DNA of 64,000 bases from an uncultured Acidobacteriota bacterium (GTDB taxonomy: Bacteria > Acidobacteriota > UBA6911), in contig CAWHCF010000026.1 in NCBI GenBank assembly GCA_963827655.1, positions 274,708 to 338,707 of the forward strand, written 5' to 3'. Below are positions 63,809-64,000 of this stretch, one piece after another. Every line of letters starts with the position of its first letter. Within the stretch, counting starts at the first letter, position 1. Made by a program: the position numbers and the translations under genes. The notes under the pieces are model-generated. The model saw only the letters and a program-made list of their open reading frames with translations, did not search any database and was not told the DNA's origin.

Positions 63809-64000
63809 CATCAAGCGATACGAGATCTACCTCGCAAATCTCAGCCCGACTCTTGGCGCCGAAATCAGCAAAACACGGCCGGTGGTTATCGTGAGCCCTG
63901 ACGAATTCAATACTTACCTGCAAACGGTTACCATCTGTCCATTGACAACGAAAATTCATCCGCGATGGCCTACTCGGCTCCCGATTTTTTGCGCAGGTAA
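63786..64000 (+). CDS. PemK/MazF family toxin (partial, runs off the window)
   Basis: Own translation: RYEIYLANLSPTLGAEISKTRPVVIVSPDEFN..LQTVTICPLTT. Confidence 0.88.
   Translation, partial: MAWKAAANIKRYEIYLANLSPTLGAEISKTRPVVIVSPDEFNTYLQTVTICPLTTKIHPRWPTRLPIFCAG

Overview
This is a GC-rich (roughly 60%) bacterial chromosomal segment, probably Acidobacteriota: it has a PadR/ADOP permease pair, carboxypeptidase-regulatory-domain TonB receptors and Tat-exported catabolic enzymes. 0-15 kb holds catabolic and membrane genes. 15.1-15.8 kb is a DUF1573-like secreted protein whose conserved CGC motif reads S-UGA-G-C with a SECIS-like hairpin just downstream, so it is a probable selenoprotein missed by the ORF track. 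16-22.5 kb has a four-helix-bundle gene in inverted 7-mer arrays and an NTT/HEAT - cNMP-binding - hybrid kinase - response regulator operon. 22.5-41 kb is a Wzm/Wzt-type surface polysaccharide locus with a WbdD-like methyltransferase/coiled-coil protein. 41-63.4 kb is a large direct duplication (TonB receptor, Asp-box protein, Tat-DHDPS, then a decaying integron-type array of toxin-antitoxin cassettes with attC sites). The two copies carry different inserts: a Wzt-C/sulfotransferase fusion in one, and IS630, a MITE and an HNH module in the other. A mazEF-like pair ends the window. Many single-base frameshifts are probably sequencing or assembly errors. No rRNA, tRNA, CRISPR array, integrase or reverse transcriptase was recognised. 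All calls come from reading the sequence; no database searches were run.
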